From the NCBI GenBank assembly GCA_036172245.1, contig JAYWIR010000039.1, positions 1,736,001-1,800,000 of the forward strand: 64,000 bases of DNA, read 5' to 3'. Under the pieces are notes generated by a model. That model saw only the letters and a program-made list of their open reading frames with translations. It did not search any database and was not told the origin of the DNA. Positions 11,045-23,200 of this stretch are shown here, piece after piece. This stretch comes from Raillietiella orientalis (taxonomy: Eukaryota). Both the position numbers and the translations under genes were made by a program. Within the stretch, counting starts at the first letter, position 1, and each line of letters starts with the position of its first letter.

Positions 11045-12184
11045 ATGACATTGTCTCTGAGATTCCTCCTCCGCAGGATGATAGTGAGTGCAGGGAGAAA
11101 AAAAGGATTTGCGCTGATTGGCTCATTTCCTGGCCCACGGCCTTTCTTGCTGGCCCTGATGGTCATAGCGACCATCTTACATGGCTGCAGCTTCGCTAAA
11201 GCAGCCGAGGCACCCGCGGCTGGCACGCCTTCCGGCACCGAGGAAGTGCCGGAGGACGCCGTGGACCACTTTTTGGATGCTCTGCTAGCTGCCAGCGAAG
11301 TGCAGGAGGGAGAGGCTGCAGATGCTGACCGAGGCAGAGAGATGTCCGACTACGAGGCTCAGCTGGAGGACCTGCTACTGCGGGCGCTGCTGAAGAAGCT
11401 GGCACACAGGAAGAGCAAGATGCAGAAGCAGGTGACACGATCCGAGCCGACCACTGCGCTTCCAGCAGCGGCTGGTCCCCGCGGTGGCGACGCAGGTCTC
11501 CTAGACCGCGTGCTGTCAAAACTGGCCGAAGACGTCGTTCGCCTCGTTCGCCAGCAAATGGATGGAGCTTCCCGGTACGTGACAATCCCTTCCGAGGCTC
11601 CCCGTGAAGACGACGACTGGATGAGGTCCCTGGGACGGTGGAAAATGTCCCTGGTCCGAATAGTCCTCCAAACCTTGCTGGACTCACTGGTGACCGAGGA
11701 GAATGTCAGAGACCTGCTGGAGATCAGCGTGACCTCGGGTGCGCGCTCGATCGAGCGCTTCTCGAAGGCAAGGGCGCACGATCTGCGCAAGGCGGCGAAG
11801 AAGCTTCTCGAGGAGGCCGGCGACGAGGGCGCTGCAAAAGGGAAGATTAGTAAGCTGCTTAGGAAGGCGCAGCACTACCTACCTTGGTCGCTCCACTGGA
11901 AGGAAGCCGCGGGCCCGACCCCGAAGACGACAGTGACGACGTCTGCAGCACCTGGCACGCGAGTCGCCTCGGGAGCCAACCCTCCGCCTCTGCAAAAGGG
12001 GGACGCCATCGCCACTGCCGCCTCACCACAGCCACCAGAAAGAAGGCAGGGAAACACGTGGCAGGGCTACCAAGTCTCTAACAGTGGGGTCGCTTCCCCC
12101 GGGCGTGGACGCCATCCGCTCCTCAACGAGCCTCCTTGGTGGGTCCGGCAGTCGTATGACCGCTTGCATGCACCTCCCTTCTGA
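11045..12184 (+). CDS. Putative secreted alpha-helical orphan protein (about 370-380 aa)
   Basis: 379-codon ORF with GC3-rich, protein-like composition. It has a signal-peptide-like segment (PFLLALMVIATILHGCSFAKA), an acidic region and amphipathic Leu-rich helices. A cctcctccgcag acceptor lies just before the ATG at 11078 and an AATAAA about 185 nt after the stop. No family recognised. Confidence 0.7.
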   Translation: MTLSLRFLLRRMIVSAGRKKGFALIGSFPGPRPFLLALMVIATILHGCSFAKAAEAPAAGTPSGTEEVPEDAVDHFLDALLAASEVQEGEAADADRGREMSDYEAQLEDLLLRALLKKLAHRKSKMQKQVTRSEPTTALPAAAGPRGGDAGLLDRVLSKLAEDVVRLVRQQMDGASRYVTIPSEAPREDDDWMRSLGRWKMSLVRIVLQTLLDSLVTEENVRDLLEISVTSGARSIERFSKARAHDLRKAAKKLLEEAGDEGAAKGKISKLLRKAQHYLPWSLHWKEAAGPTPKTTVTTSAAPGTRVASGANPPPLQKGDAIATAASPQPPERRQGNTWQGYQVSNSGVASPGRGRHPLLNEPPWWVRQSYDRLHAPPF

Positions 12185-12367
12185 ACATTCGTGTCTGAAT
12201 GGCACAGCCGAAGGAAGTGCTCGCGATCCCAGGCGTTGGCCGGCGAGGACCACCGCCATCACCATGTCGAAGACGACGACGCATCCAAACCGAGCCACAA
12301 TTCCCTTTCTCGTCCCTTCCCCCCCCGCTGCTTTAAAAATACCCGGTTCGCGCATTTTTTAGTGTGA

Positions 12368-12373
12368 AATAAA
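12368..12373 (+). terminator. Polyadenylation signal AATAAA for the orphan gene
   Basis: First AATAAA downstream of the TGA at 12184; it overlaps an A-run. Confidence 0.4.
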
Positions 12374-13819
12374 AAAAAAATCCGTACGTATGGAATTGAT
12401 GGGCGGCTGACGTTCACTGGACGCAAGAAGGATAGGAGGGAAAAGCAGAGATCGCTGCAGCCTCGGGAGAGGGAGTCTTGGGGAAGTATCGTCACCCTCT
12501 TCCGCAAATTAGCTCAACTCGGATGGCGGGAGAATCAACCCCTGGGTGGTCATCTTCTCTCCCTTCCTCCTACCCCTGCTTTATTCCTCCCTTACATCTT
12601 TCTCCACTTTTTTTTCTTCTCCCTCCCTCCATCCCCTTTTCTCGATCTCCTTTTCTGGCTAGGAGAGATCTCCAGAGTCATCTCTCGTTCCTTCCTTCGT
12701 CGTCTGCCGGGCAGTATCCAGCAAGCATCGAGGGAGCGAAGCTGATCTGCTCCCGTGTGTGTTCGCCTTTCGTATCAAGCAGCCAGGTGTCCCGATCGCC
12801 GAAGTGCGGGGCTGGGCGTGCTTTCTCTGGATACATCCCGGCTTCCCGTGCTCTTAGCTGGCAGTCTCCTCATTCGTCCCTTCATCGTCTCTTCATCGGC
12901 CGATCATTCCCTTCACCTCACCACCACTTACGGTCATCGTCAATACACCTCATCCCCGTTCCCTGTGCATCTCCGTGCTCTGTGCCAGTCCCTGGGAACC
13001 AGGAGAAAACTGGACTCGGTCGCGTCGCCCTCCCTCCCCATCAGAGAGCGGGTGGTTACACGTTTTCTTAGCATCCAACTGCCTCCCTTGTGTGCTCATG
13101 TGGGTTGGCATCCTCAAATCCCCCCCCCCTTCCCCATCAGCACCGCTAGCATCCGTCCAGGATGGGACTGCCACCTCCAACAAGCTAGAAGAGACCTCCG
13201 TCACAGGAATGGGAATCCAGCCATCCCACCTGTGTTTCAAGTTCTTCCCCTTAAACGGCACCTCACGATACTACCCACTTGAAAAAAGCTTCTTTATTAA
13301 ACAGTGATCAATCGGTGTAACATTTATATTACAAAATGTAATATGGTAGCTATTTTCAATTTAATGGAAAAAAATAAGATATTCCTTTTTTTGTGCATAC
13401 ATAAAATACCGTGAAATAAGAAAAAACGTTCTAATCGCCATTTTCTGCACTTTCGTTCACTGCACCTGGAATTAAGAACCCAATGCTACCATTTACGTTT
13501 CTCAAATTAGCTAGTCTACTCATTAACTATATCTGTCTTCCTTTATCTTCACAGGTTTTGGAACCCCGACCGTGACCACCTTATTATCCAGCAGGCAAAT
13601 TTCATCGCTACTGTGCTCCCCATTCTTATTACTGCCACATAGCAGCCATCTTAAGGTCTCAACAGTTTGCATTATACACATTGATTTTCTAATAAATACA
13701 ATTACTTACACATGCGCTTATGTATGTGTGTATACACAACACACCATAATCAAGAAATGGAAATAATGATAAAGTTCGAAACCAATTGAGACATGCCTCC
13801 TAAAAGTCATAAGGCAAGC

Positions 13820-14330
13820 GATTAACCTCTCGCAGGCACTGCATAATCCGCATCCTCCTCCTCTCCCCTACGCTACGAAACATTCATCACCTCACCAACC
13901 TCATCTCCAGCTGAACCCATACCTCGCAGCATAAACTACCACCCTCGTCACCACAGTAGTCATGCACACTTCATAAGAAATCATCCGCGCAGTAGAACGC
14001 CAATATGACTACACTTCCGAACCCATTCCTTTTCGTCAACACTCTACAGATCCTACCACACAAATACGAAACAAACAGCACTGGAATAAATAGGGGGACT
14101 TCCTCAGCCCATCAACCATACCCCAACCACGTAGTGACACCGATCGCGTCTCCGCTATTATCCTCCTCATAGTCAAATGCCCAATTCATAACCGGCTTCA
14201 TCACTACTCATCAACTGAGGGCACCCTTGACGAGCGATTTTAAACCACCCCTCACGGGCTTGCCCTCCCCACCTTATTCCGATCCCAATTCACTTCATGC
14301 TACCCAAAATCTTTCACCGAGTTATTATCA
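13820..14330 (+). mobile_element. Decayed LINE 3' fragment (I/Jockey-like, downstream of RT)
   Basis: Strong A/C skew on the plus strand. A frameshifted reading RHCIIRILLLSP..IHHLTNL resembles the LR.I...P....IH..L motif found C-terminal to LINE RT. Confidence 0.3.
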
Positions 14331-16352
14331 TATGATCGATACTCGTGAACATCATCAGCACTTCAAACAGGAAAGGGCTGCGTCCGATGTCTTGGAACAA
14401 TGAGTCATATTAGTATTTTTCTTTAATCGAAGGTTTTTTCAACTTGGCAATCCTTTCTTAGTATTTAAAAAAAAAAGACAGACAGACAGACAAAAAAAAA
14501 AAGTTCATCATTACTTAAAAATTATCTAAAACCCTACACGATGTGATGACTTGAGGCGATCTAAACTCCTATCTCGTAGGATTGCCTACAAATACACTAT
14601 TGCTGCAGATCCGCTCCTTGCAGAGATCGAGGTCGCAAACTTTCATATCTGTGGAAACTGCGCCACTATCTCTCAGGCAATTTTTTTTTTTTGGTCATCC
14701 GAAGATCACATTTCTTCCTATCTGATCAACCACCCATGAAGATCCCCTGTTATGGAAATGTGGTCTTGAAATGAGCCTGTGGTCTTTCCAGACAACAGGC
14801 TCATGTCGCCTCCATTCCTCCAACAGCCAAGGAAACATACTTCCAAAGCGTCTTTTTGCCGCTCTGAATCCATCACACATTTTTTACGGAGGAACGCAAA
14901 CCCGAAAACGATCAGCTTGCGCTGAGCATTCCCGATCTCCCGAAATCAAACACGATGGCACAACACAACATGGCCTTACCCAATACGAGCTTTTGGCTCA
15001 TACCACCAGCCGCCAATAACCGATTCTCCGCTAACGAAAGATAGCTCAGCTGTCACCATCAAGCAGACCCTCCAAGAGTCCTCTTAAGAAAATGCCGTCA
15101 GGAAACACGGAGACTTTGCACGTGCACTTTTGTCAAATTTCGTCCCATTCCTTGAAAAACTTCCAGCTCCTTACTCTACTGATTAAATTATTACTTCAAA
15201 GTCCACGGCTTTCTTCTAGAGTTCCTTTCTTCAACTTGCTCTCCTTGCACGTAGTCCTTTCCTTCACTGTAGAGAACCACGTCCTGCGAACTCTACTTTG
15301 GTGCTATTGGGACAGTCTGCGTGCACCCCCGGCCAACTCTTGAAGAACCCTCGCCCTCGATGGGAAAATTCCCCCTGCCAGCGCCACACACAGTTTCTTA
15401 ACCAAAGCACCCAACACCGAGAGTAAAGGGGCACACTCATCCCCTGAATTCTTCCTTTTTTCCCCAGCGTCTCAGGAACAGAAGCGCAGAGGTTCCAAAG
15501 AGCGAGGAAGTTTAGAGGTCCAGTTCTGCTGGGAAAGCAAATGATCCCAAGGGAATGCAAAGGGAAGAAAAAGAAACGCAAGGAGGTGCAAAGCTGTTCA
15601 TGAGATGGAAGCGAGCAGGGAGGAGTCGAGGAGCAGCAGAAACCTAGTAGGATCGATAGAACTCCTCCGGACGTGAGTAAGAACGGGGCATCGAATCCAT
15701 TGACAGGGGGAAGGTCTCCAGCCGTCCAGGCATGCTGGGCATCCAGCTGCGCCTCAATTTCTAGCGAAAAAATACCAATAGTGGTTTCTGCTAGCCAACA
15801 GCCTATAACTGTTGGACAGTCGACTCTCTCTGACTGAATGTCGCAAGGGAAAGGCAGAATCGGATTAACAACCCTGTTCTGAGACCAAGGAAACCAACAT
15901 GTTCTTTCTGCCCTGTTTCGTTTTTATTCCTCTTCATTTTTTGTCTTCCACGGAGAGAGGGGCTGGGAGTTTTCTTTTTCGTTATCGGACAACTTTTCAA
16001 TTTCTTAAGTCGACATGAATCTCAGCATTCTTCTAGGTAAGCTGCTTCTCAGAGTCCCCACATTACGAATGTCTTTTTTTTTTTTCCCCCACCCAAAAAA
16101 ATTTACAACTGGTGCGTGTCCAGCTCAGCTAACATGGATTTTTTCTAGATTTTTCTTCTTTCTTTCGTACATCATGTTTTTCCAATCCTTCCCCCCTGAC
16201 GTACCATGCCTAATTAGTCATTAATGCTGGTAAGAGAATGGAGGCGATTTTCATGGCTTCCCAAAAGCCATCCAATAGTGGAACATTCTGCTACTTTATT
16301 TCTGTAAATACGCAGGCTGCAAGTAAGCAGACGATCCTTTGCTTTTGTTGGT

Positions 16353-16880
16353 CATTTTAAAGTTTTGAAAAAATCTAAAAGTGTGAAAGAAGAAATCAAA
16401 AATACATTACAACCATATGCCCAAACAACTTTTGGCAACAATTCCTATTGACATCCATCTAATGAATATTTAAAACGTACATTCTGACAATAAAAACAAA
16501 AAACAAAGAAACGAGCACAAATACAGAGAAGAACCAACACTATAAAGCAAGAACAAAATCAATATATATATATAACTGTAACGGATTGTGCAATTTGCTT
16601 AGACAATCCCAATGATAAATCTCTTAGTCTTCTTACACAACGATCATCCATTGAGTTCTGCATATGAACACTATTCCATATAAGAACCGAATCCACTTCA
16701 GATCTCTTTGCTTTGAAAACTACAAGGCCCATCAACTGCACAAAAAACAAATTTTCACACTACCTTCTATATAACAATGACCCATGGTTTCCTTATCCTT
16801 TTTTATTCTATGTTCTACATCTTCAATACTTTCAACTTCTATGTATGCTTCACCAGTCTTACTTCTGTTGATAAGGACAT
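16353..16880 (-). pseudogene. Partial genomic duplicate of hnRNP F/H (part of exon 2, intron 2, exon 3, part of intron 3)
   Basis: Co-linear copy of about 3420-3959 including introns (for example the shared atctaaaagtgtgaaagaagaaatcaaaaatacattacaaccatatgccc). It has a 4-nt deletion in exon 2, RGLPFG changed to RDLSLG, and a lost exon-3 donor. Confidence 0.92.
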
Positions 16881-16899
16881 TCAACTTCATTTGCTTTCC

Positions 16900-19800
16900 C
16901 GTGTTGAGAAAAAAATATACAAAGCTGTTTGTGCCATTGTTTGCTTTTTTGTTGCTTTCAATTGCCAGGAATGTGATTGATTGAACTTTTTAATGGATCT
17001 TCTCCGAAACCTTTAATTCTTTAGGATGTATTTACGTTGACTTTGTTAGATGCTTTCAGTGAAAATGCCTTATATTTTAATTTGTAGGGAAATTTGGAAT
17101 TTCCGAATTTTCTTCAGCATGAACATCATACCAAAGATCTCAGTTTGCAAAATTTGATCTTGTTTACATCTATTTAAATTCCACTCGCATTTATTTTCTT
17201 ATGAACCAATTTTCAAGTTTCAATTGCTCGCAACCATGAGGACCATGTGTTACCAAAAGCATAATAGCACACACTGATCAGCTTGAGGATGACCTGCTGT
17301 TACGCCAAAAACAACATTCATGGGACATTGCATTTCACATTCGTAATTTAGGTATAAGTTTCAAATGAAAAACTCGGGAGACTTTTTTCCCTGAATAATG
17401 CCATTCTGGATCTTCAATATTAAGCATCTTGCTGTCAAAGTCAACAACAGAGCACAAATATCAGTTTTTGTACGTTTGCTTCTGATTCATGATGGAGTTC
17501 CTAATTTTTGTGGAAATTGCCATGAAATTCTAAAAACTGATAATCATTTTTCAGTAAATCCAAAAAAAAAAAAAGAACATAATGGTCATATGCAGCTTTT
17601 TTTGAAAGTCAACTTGATTGAATGGGCTGTGCATTTACAAGCTTGATGTCAATCTAAGTTTGCTACCATTTGCTGCATGTCCTGTAAAAAAAATTTTGCC
17701 TCAAATATATCACTGAAAATTTTAATACATGTATTATTCATTCTAATGATAATAATGACTTTTCATTCAGCCACAACTTCCATGCTTGAATGACATTATT
17801 TTTTGAGGATACATGCTGCTGAGTGTATTTTTAACTCTTTGCTATTAAACAACAATGTCTATAATATAATGTACGAGCAAAAATTTCTTCCCCAATTGCA
17901 ATCAGTCAGAACTTAAGTCTGCATAAAACCTTATGAATGATTTACATGCTCGTGCAAATTTCATGTAGGACCTACATTCACAGCATATAAGCAAGAAACA
18001 ATTCATTACCACTACTCAGAAAGGCACTTTTTCCAGCCACCTAATGCAGTTATCTTTGCTTGAGGAAATTCACATTCAGTTATTCTAATCTACTCCTACC
18101 CTTTGCCATTCTGGGTCTCTTGTCAGCTCCCAAATAGCAACTTCATTAAATGCCTGTTGAGTAACTTTACTTCAGTATACAGCATCACTGAAGAATCTGA
18201 AAGACTATAATATGCAAATGCAGTGTAACTTCAAATTCAGCACACACTGAGATAATAATTTTCTTGAAACAACAAACAGCATGTGCTCATTGTTGTTTGC
18301 TTGCCATCCAAAGCTGAAAAATACAATTCTCACACTCTGTCTATCACATCATCTGTATTATGGGTGGAATGATAATGCATTTAAAGATTAATTGGTATTT
18401 ATTCTTCATATCATCCTAAGGATAAGTTTTGGATTATTACTCAACAATCCAGGTGCAAACCAAGAACTGCTATCACATTAAGAAAGATGAACGTCCTCTT
18501 GAAATAAAAGATGACAAGGTCAACATACTTCACAACTTGAAAGAAGGCCATGAAGTTTGTAAAAAACTAGTTATGTGAATTCCAATTGTAATATTTTTAT
18601 AATCGTTAACTGCATGTCTTTTGCTACCTTGGAAAACCCTTTGTGGAGTCAAAATCATCACTTTCTTACTTCCTATTCTAGAGCAAGTGGATGGGCATCA
18701 AACGGGTTACACATGTAGGATGCAACATAGTTTCTGTGGTGTTTTACGGTTTCATACGAAAATCACAGGATTACAAGCACAATTATGATAATTCAGTTGA
18801 ATTGTAAGCATCAATAAATGGCAAAATGTGCTAAAAAAGTTCAAGGTATTAAACACAAGTATGCGTGTACCTTAAGGATTATTGCAATCACCAAAATACC
18901 CATTTATCTGAACTCCTCATATAAACTCAACTGCTGAATCAGTGCTTTCTGGTTTCAGCAGACCCAAAACGTGTACAAGCCTGGTTGTGGGCAGAGATTC
19001 AGGAAGCACATGGCAATCCTAGGCAAGCCTAAAGGGCACACAGTTCTTGACATATGCTCTTATTGCATAAGCTCTTAACGGTGCTTAGAAAACCCACATT
19101 CATCAGCTACTTCACACTCAAGTGGAAAATTCAACACAAAGGACTCACTCTGCCAATTTTCCGTGGTCAGCAAAATGGCACGTAGATTTCAATTGGCATT
19201 TGAGAAAATGAGACCCTTGACTGGATAAACGGGAAGGATAATTAGATGCCAAACAAAGTAGTACCAGAAAATGGGCTATTGCAAAGAATAAACTCGCGAC
19301 ATGCGGCCAATTGCAAGTCAACATGTTCAAGAAAGAAGAAACCTAGTTACAATGACCTCTGGCGGTGTACTCAGCAACACCGTCGTTTCACGCAGCACGT
19401 TACCACCGCGTCACTCGCAAAGGTCATTGCGGACTGACCTGCAGTTTTCTGGTTAACAGCGTCTGCTTGGTCCTTGAGGGGAGAAGCAAACTTTTGGAAG
19501 GACCCACACGTTTTTCCTGTAGAACTGCCCAGCGGGCCCACGTTCCAACTTTGAATCGCCACTTCAGTATTGTGTCAAAACAAGATGTTTGAAGCATCTG
19601 GAGATAAACGAAAGGGGTAAGCTTATTATACAACGGAAAAATATCCAATCCAAACATTTCCACCGACGTGAAGAATCATTAAGGGCACAGGGCTTTTCAA
19701 ATTTTAAACCAAAACTCCAGCAAACAAGTGAAAATGTCTCACGAAAAGTCATCACACGAGCATATGACGTAATTTTTTTTTTTAAGGAGCCCTTCAGGAA

Positions 19801-20100
19801 TGGGGAAATATTTTCTATCCTGTAGAAAATTGCGAGCTTTCATTTTAGATACAATATGTATCATGATGGTCAAACTTTGTTTGCACTCCGATGAAGAGGG
19901 ATGCACCCTTTGTTTGCTAACAAGATCAGCAGTGCCCGAAAGGAAACACCGTTAGTCACCTCGAATGCAGATGGGACGTGACAGGTGCCAGAAACCAGCA
20001 TTTTCATCAAAAAATCTGCAACTAGAACGATCGGATTAATCAAATCACACATGCAAAGATGAATGATACGAGAAGTAATCTCTAATAGCACTCGTATCTA
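16900..20100 (-). pseudogene. Probable decayed intron-containing gene of unidentified family
   Basis: CpG-poor block with protein-like frames interrupted by single stops: LPESLPTTRLVHVLGLLKPESTDSAVEFI*GVQINGYFGD; DDVIDRV*ELYFSALDG; FFSDAVY*SKVTQQAFNEVAIWELTRDPEWQR; VVDFDSKMLNIEDPEWHYSGKKVSR. A 40-nt GT-AG mini-intron sits at 18870-18831. Boundaries are approximate. Confidence 0.4.
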
Positions 20101-20139
20101 TTTTCGACGGGACTTTCACAGGAAAATGATAACTTTTAG

Positions 20140-20296
20140 CCGAAGAAAAACACACCTGGGGATGTCCAGTTCTCAACGACAGATGCAACAGTAATTTCAT
20201 ATGCACTAAGCAGAAAGGTGCCCTTTGAGTCTGTCCTCGACAATTACTGCTGCATCAGTCATCGAAAACTGGACATCCCCAGGTGTTTTTCTTCGG
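20140..20296. repeat. 157-bp foldback (MITE-like or hairpin-RNA-like inverted repeat)
   Basis: Arms 20140-20196 and 20242-20296 are reverse complements with 5 mismatches and one 2-nt indel, separated by a 45-nt spacer. Confidence 0.85.
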
Positions 20297-23200
20297 TGCT
20301 TTTGATGATGTCAGTCATTGTGATGAGCGTGGAAGAAGCGGCATTTTTTGGCTGATATCACAACTACGCACGTGGACCAAGACCATCAACTTCTCAAGGG
20401 CTCCCCAAGTGAGAAACAATTCATCAAAACTTCAACTTTCCGGAACCCAGTTTTGGCGAAACCGACGTGGCGTGTTGGGGATGTTTCGAGGCAGAAGGGC
20501 TCTGGAAAACCAGCCCAGAATGATCACAAAGAGGTATGCTGAGGAAGCCCCAACCCCTTCTCCTTAGCATCCTGGAAACATGTGAGAGGTCCTCTGGAGC
20601 AGGATCTCAAGCGTGCTTTCAGAGGCTACAGTGAAGCAAAAGGAGATGAATGCTGTTCGACTTCATGAGATCGAAGAAGACAGCACGTTGAGACAAACTA
20701 GCAGTCTTTTAGAAATAACAGCAAAGAAGGGAGCAGGAAAAACTGCCCTCATGAGTAGGAGTGCGACACGTGAGAGCAGGCCGGTTCCACTAGGCGAGTG
20801 CAGCTAGCTGATTCCAGCGAGCTCCACGTCTACCCAATCCTCTGATTTTCTAGTGTTGGGAAAGGAAATCCGAAGATAAGAAAGGCCCACTCCCAGGAAG
20901 CGTCTGTTCTTTCAAGGAAATCTCACTTCTCCAAACACGGCGGATGGGACCTCTGGAAGATATGAAGGAGGCAGGAGGATCTTGGTTCCCTCCTCCCTGC
21001 TTAGTCTTGTGTTCTCACAGTGCCTTGCACCGCAGGCCATCGAACATGTTTTCAAAATCACAGCTTTTTCTTTAGCTACCTTCCCAGGAATGTTAATCTT
21101 TTTAACATGTTCATCACGACTGGAGACACTGACTGGAGGCTGAGACAATCCGACACGAGGAGACGATGACTAAAAATCCATGTACGCTCGTTCCCCTTCC
21201 TAGAAGCCACCAGGATCCCATTTAACATAATCTGAAAGAATAACTGTCCAGGTCTTCTCTCAATCCGAGATACGTTCTACAAGAGTACGAACTGAGTTGG
21301 ATCAAAGACAACTGAGGTAAATGGAAAGAGAGGGAGACTAAGATGGCGAACCAGGACGTCGGTTGCGGCTGCCCATGAAGAGTCCACATACACGAGAGAA
21401 CCAAGGACAGACCCAACTAGGAACGTTACCCAACCGAATCGCGCACCCTCTACTACCGAAACCTGCACGCGTCCTCTCGAGCAATTCACGGAAGCGAGTC
21501 AACGCTGTGAGTCCTAGGAATCTCCACTCGGCAGTTTATTCCGAGCTGAGAAGCATCCAGAGGGCAGTGCCATGAGATGACAGACGAATTTTGAGGAGGA
21601 TGAAACGAGATTTCTTCTACCGTTTCCCTGTCAATAATTCCACTCCAGTCTCCATGGCGATCTTTAAGGATAGTTGAAGAGCTCTCACCCTGGCATCATG
21701 ATGCCAGATGGGAGTTCTTTGTGGCTATCTGGCGAGGGGAAACATCTGCTCTAGAAGAGGGGACCAATCTATAAAGTAAGAGATCTGGATGCTCTCGAAG
21801 TCCTGAGACCCACTGACGACTTGGCACGGATTCATGCATTAACCTAAAAGAACCTTCCCAATCTGCAAATGCCATCCTCCTCCTTCCTACTCCTCATCAT
21901 GCGATAGCTCTCCTATACCCGATGCCGAGCATATGAGGACCAAAAGTCTCAGCTTCTCTTGCTGGATCAACTTGTGAGAGCCATGATCTGAAAAATTTCA
22001 GAATCCGTCTGGGGAAAGGGAGTAGGAGCTGATTTTTTCGCTCCAGAATTCTACAACATATTAGTTGCTCAACGGGTAAGCCGAGGTTGGTAGGACATCA
22101 ACACCTTGGCATTCCGGCCCAAGTTCACTTCGTGTTAGCTCCCGACTGCATTTCCCTCTGTAAGGGCGCAAAGGCATCTCTACGAAGACATCGCGCCCAA
22201 ATGTTGGAGTCTTCTGCGTCTAATCTCATCATATCCAACAGTCTACTCGTCCCCTCTCCCGATTCTCTCCCATTTTGTTTCCTTCCGCTTTTCGGGAGCT
22301 GCGTGAACAACGAAGTGAAACTCTCTCTCTCATTTTTTTCTTTCAACAAAAGAAAAGAAAACACTTTTTTTTGTTGAAAAACGATGAAAGAGAGAGAGCT
22401 CCATTCTGCTGTTTCGAATGAAATCTTTAGGTTTCCCGCTCTCTTCTTTGGTTGCCACCAGAACCTCGCACTTCGGAGAGAAATGGCAACTCACCTGGTA
22501 GCATTACGATACTCTCAATGGCTCTTATGGACCAGTGCCGTCTCTTTTATGAACCTACCGTGCATTAATCTGACATTCTGCATTTAGGGTTTTTTTTTTT
22601 TTTCACACTCCTCTTCACGCCGGTTTTTCTGTTCCCGAGAGACCCTATCAAAAGTGAATTTTCTATTGAGATTCATACGTTTTTCATTCCTGGAAAAGCA
22701 GCTAATCATCTCATATCAGAGGGTTGTCACGGTAAAGTCGAATGACTTCGGAGAAGTTTCCGTAAATCTCATTTTTCGTCACATCACTTGGTCCGACAAC
22801 TTTGATATATATAGAGAAAAAAGAAAAGAAGAGAGGGAGCGGGTGCTTGCAATTTTATGGAAGGGACGACGAGGATCATCACCAGCATAAGTGGGTCCTC
22901 GGAGTGAGTTCTCGGCGAGTGTAAAGTTTTGTTACAAAGGACGCGAAAGGATGAGGCAGGGAGAGAGGGAGAGAGGACCTTAGGAACCAGCACCGCTGTA
23001 AGAGTGCTCAAGGACTTCGAAATTCTCGGAACCTCATAGAGCTAATTGAGGCTTCTAACATGTCATTTGGTATAACACTGACTTTCCGGAAACGTCATGA
23101 CACCTGTGAGTGCTGGAAGTTCCAGATCCGTTCTTTTGAGCGGATGCCAAAAAGGAGTCTGCTCGAAATGGGGTGTGCAGTTATACATCGAGCTACACGC

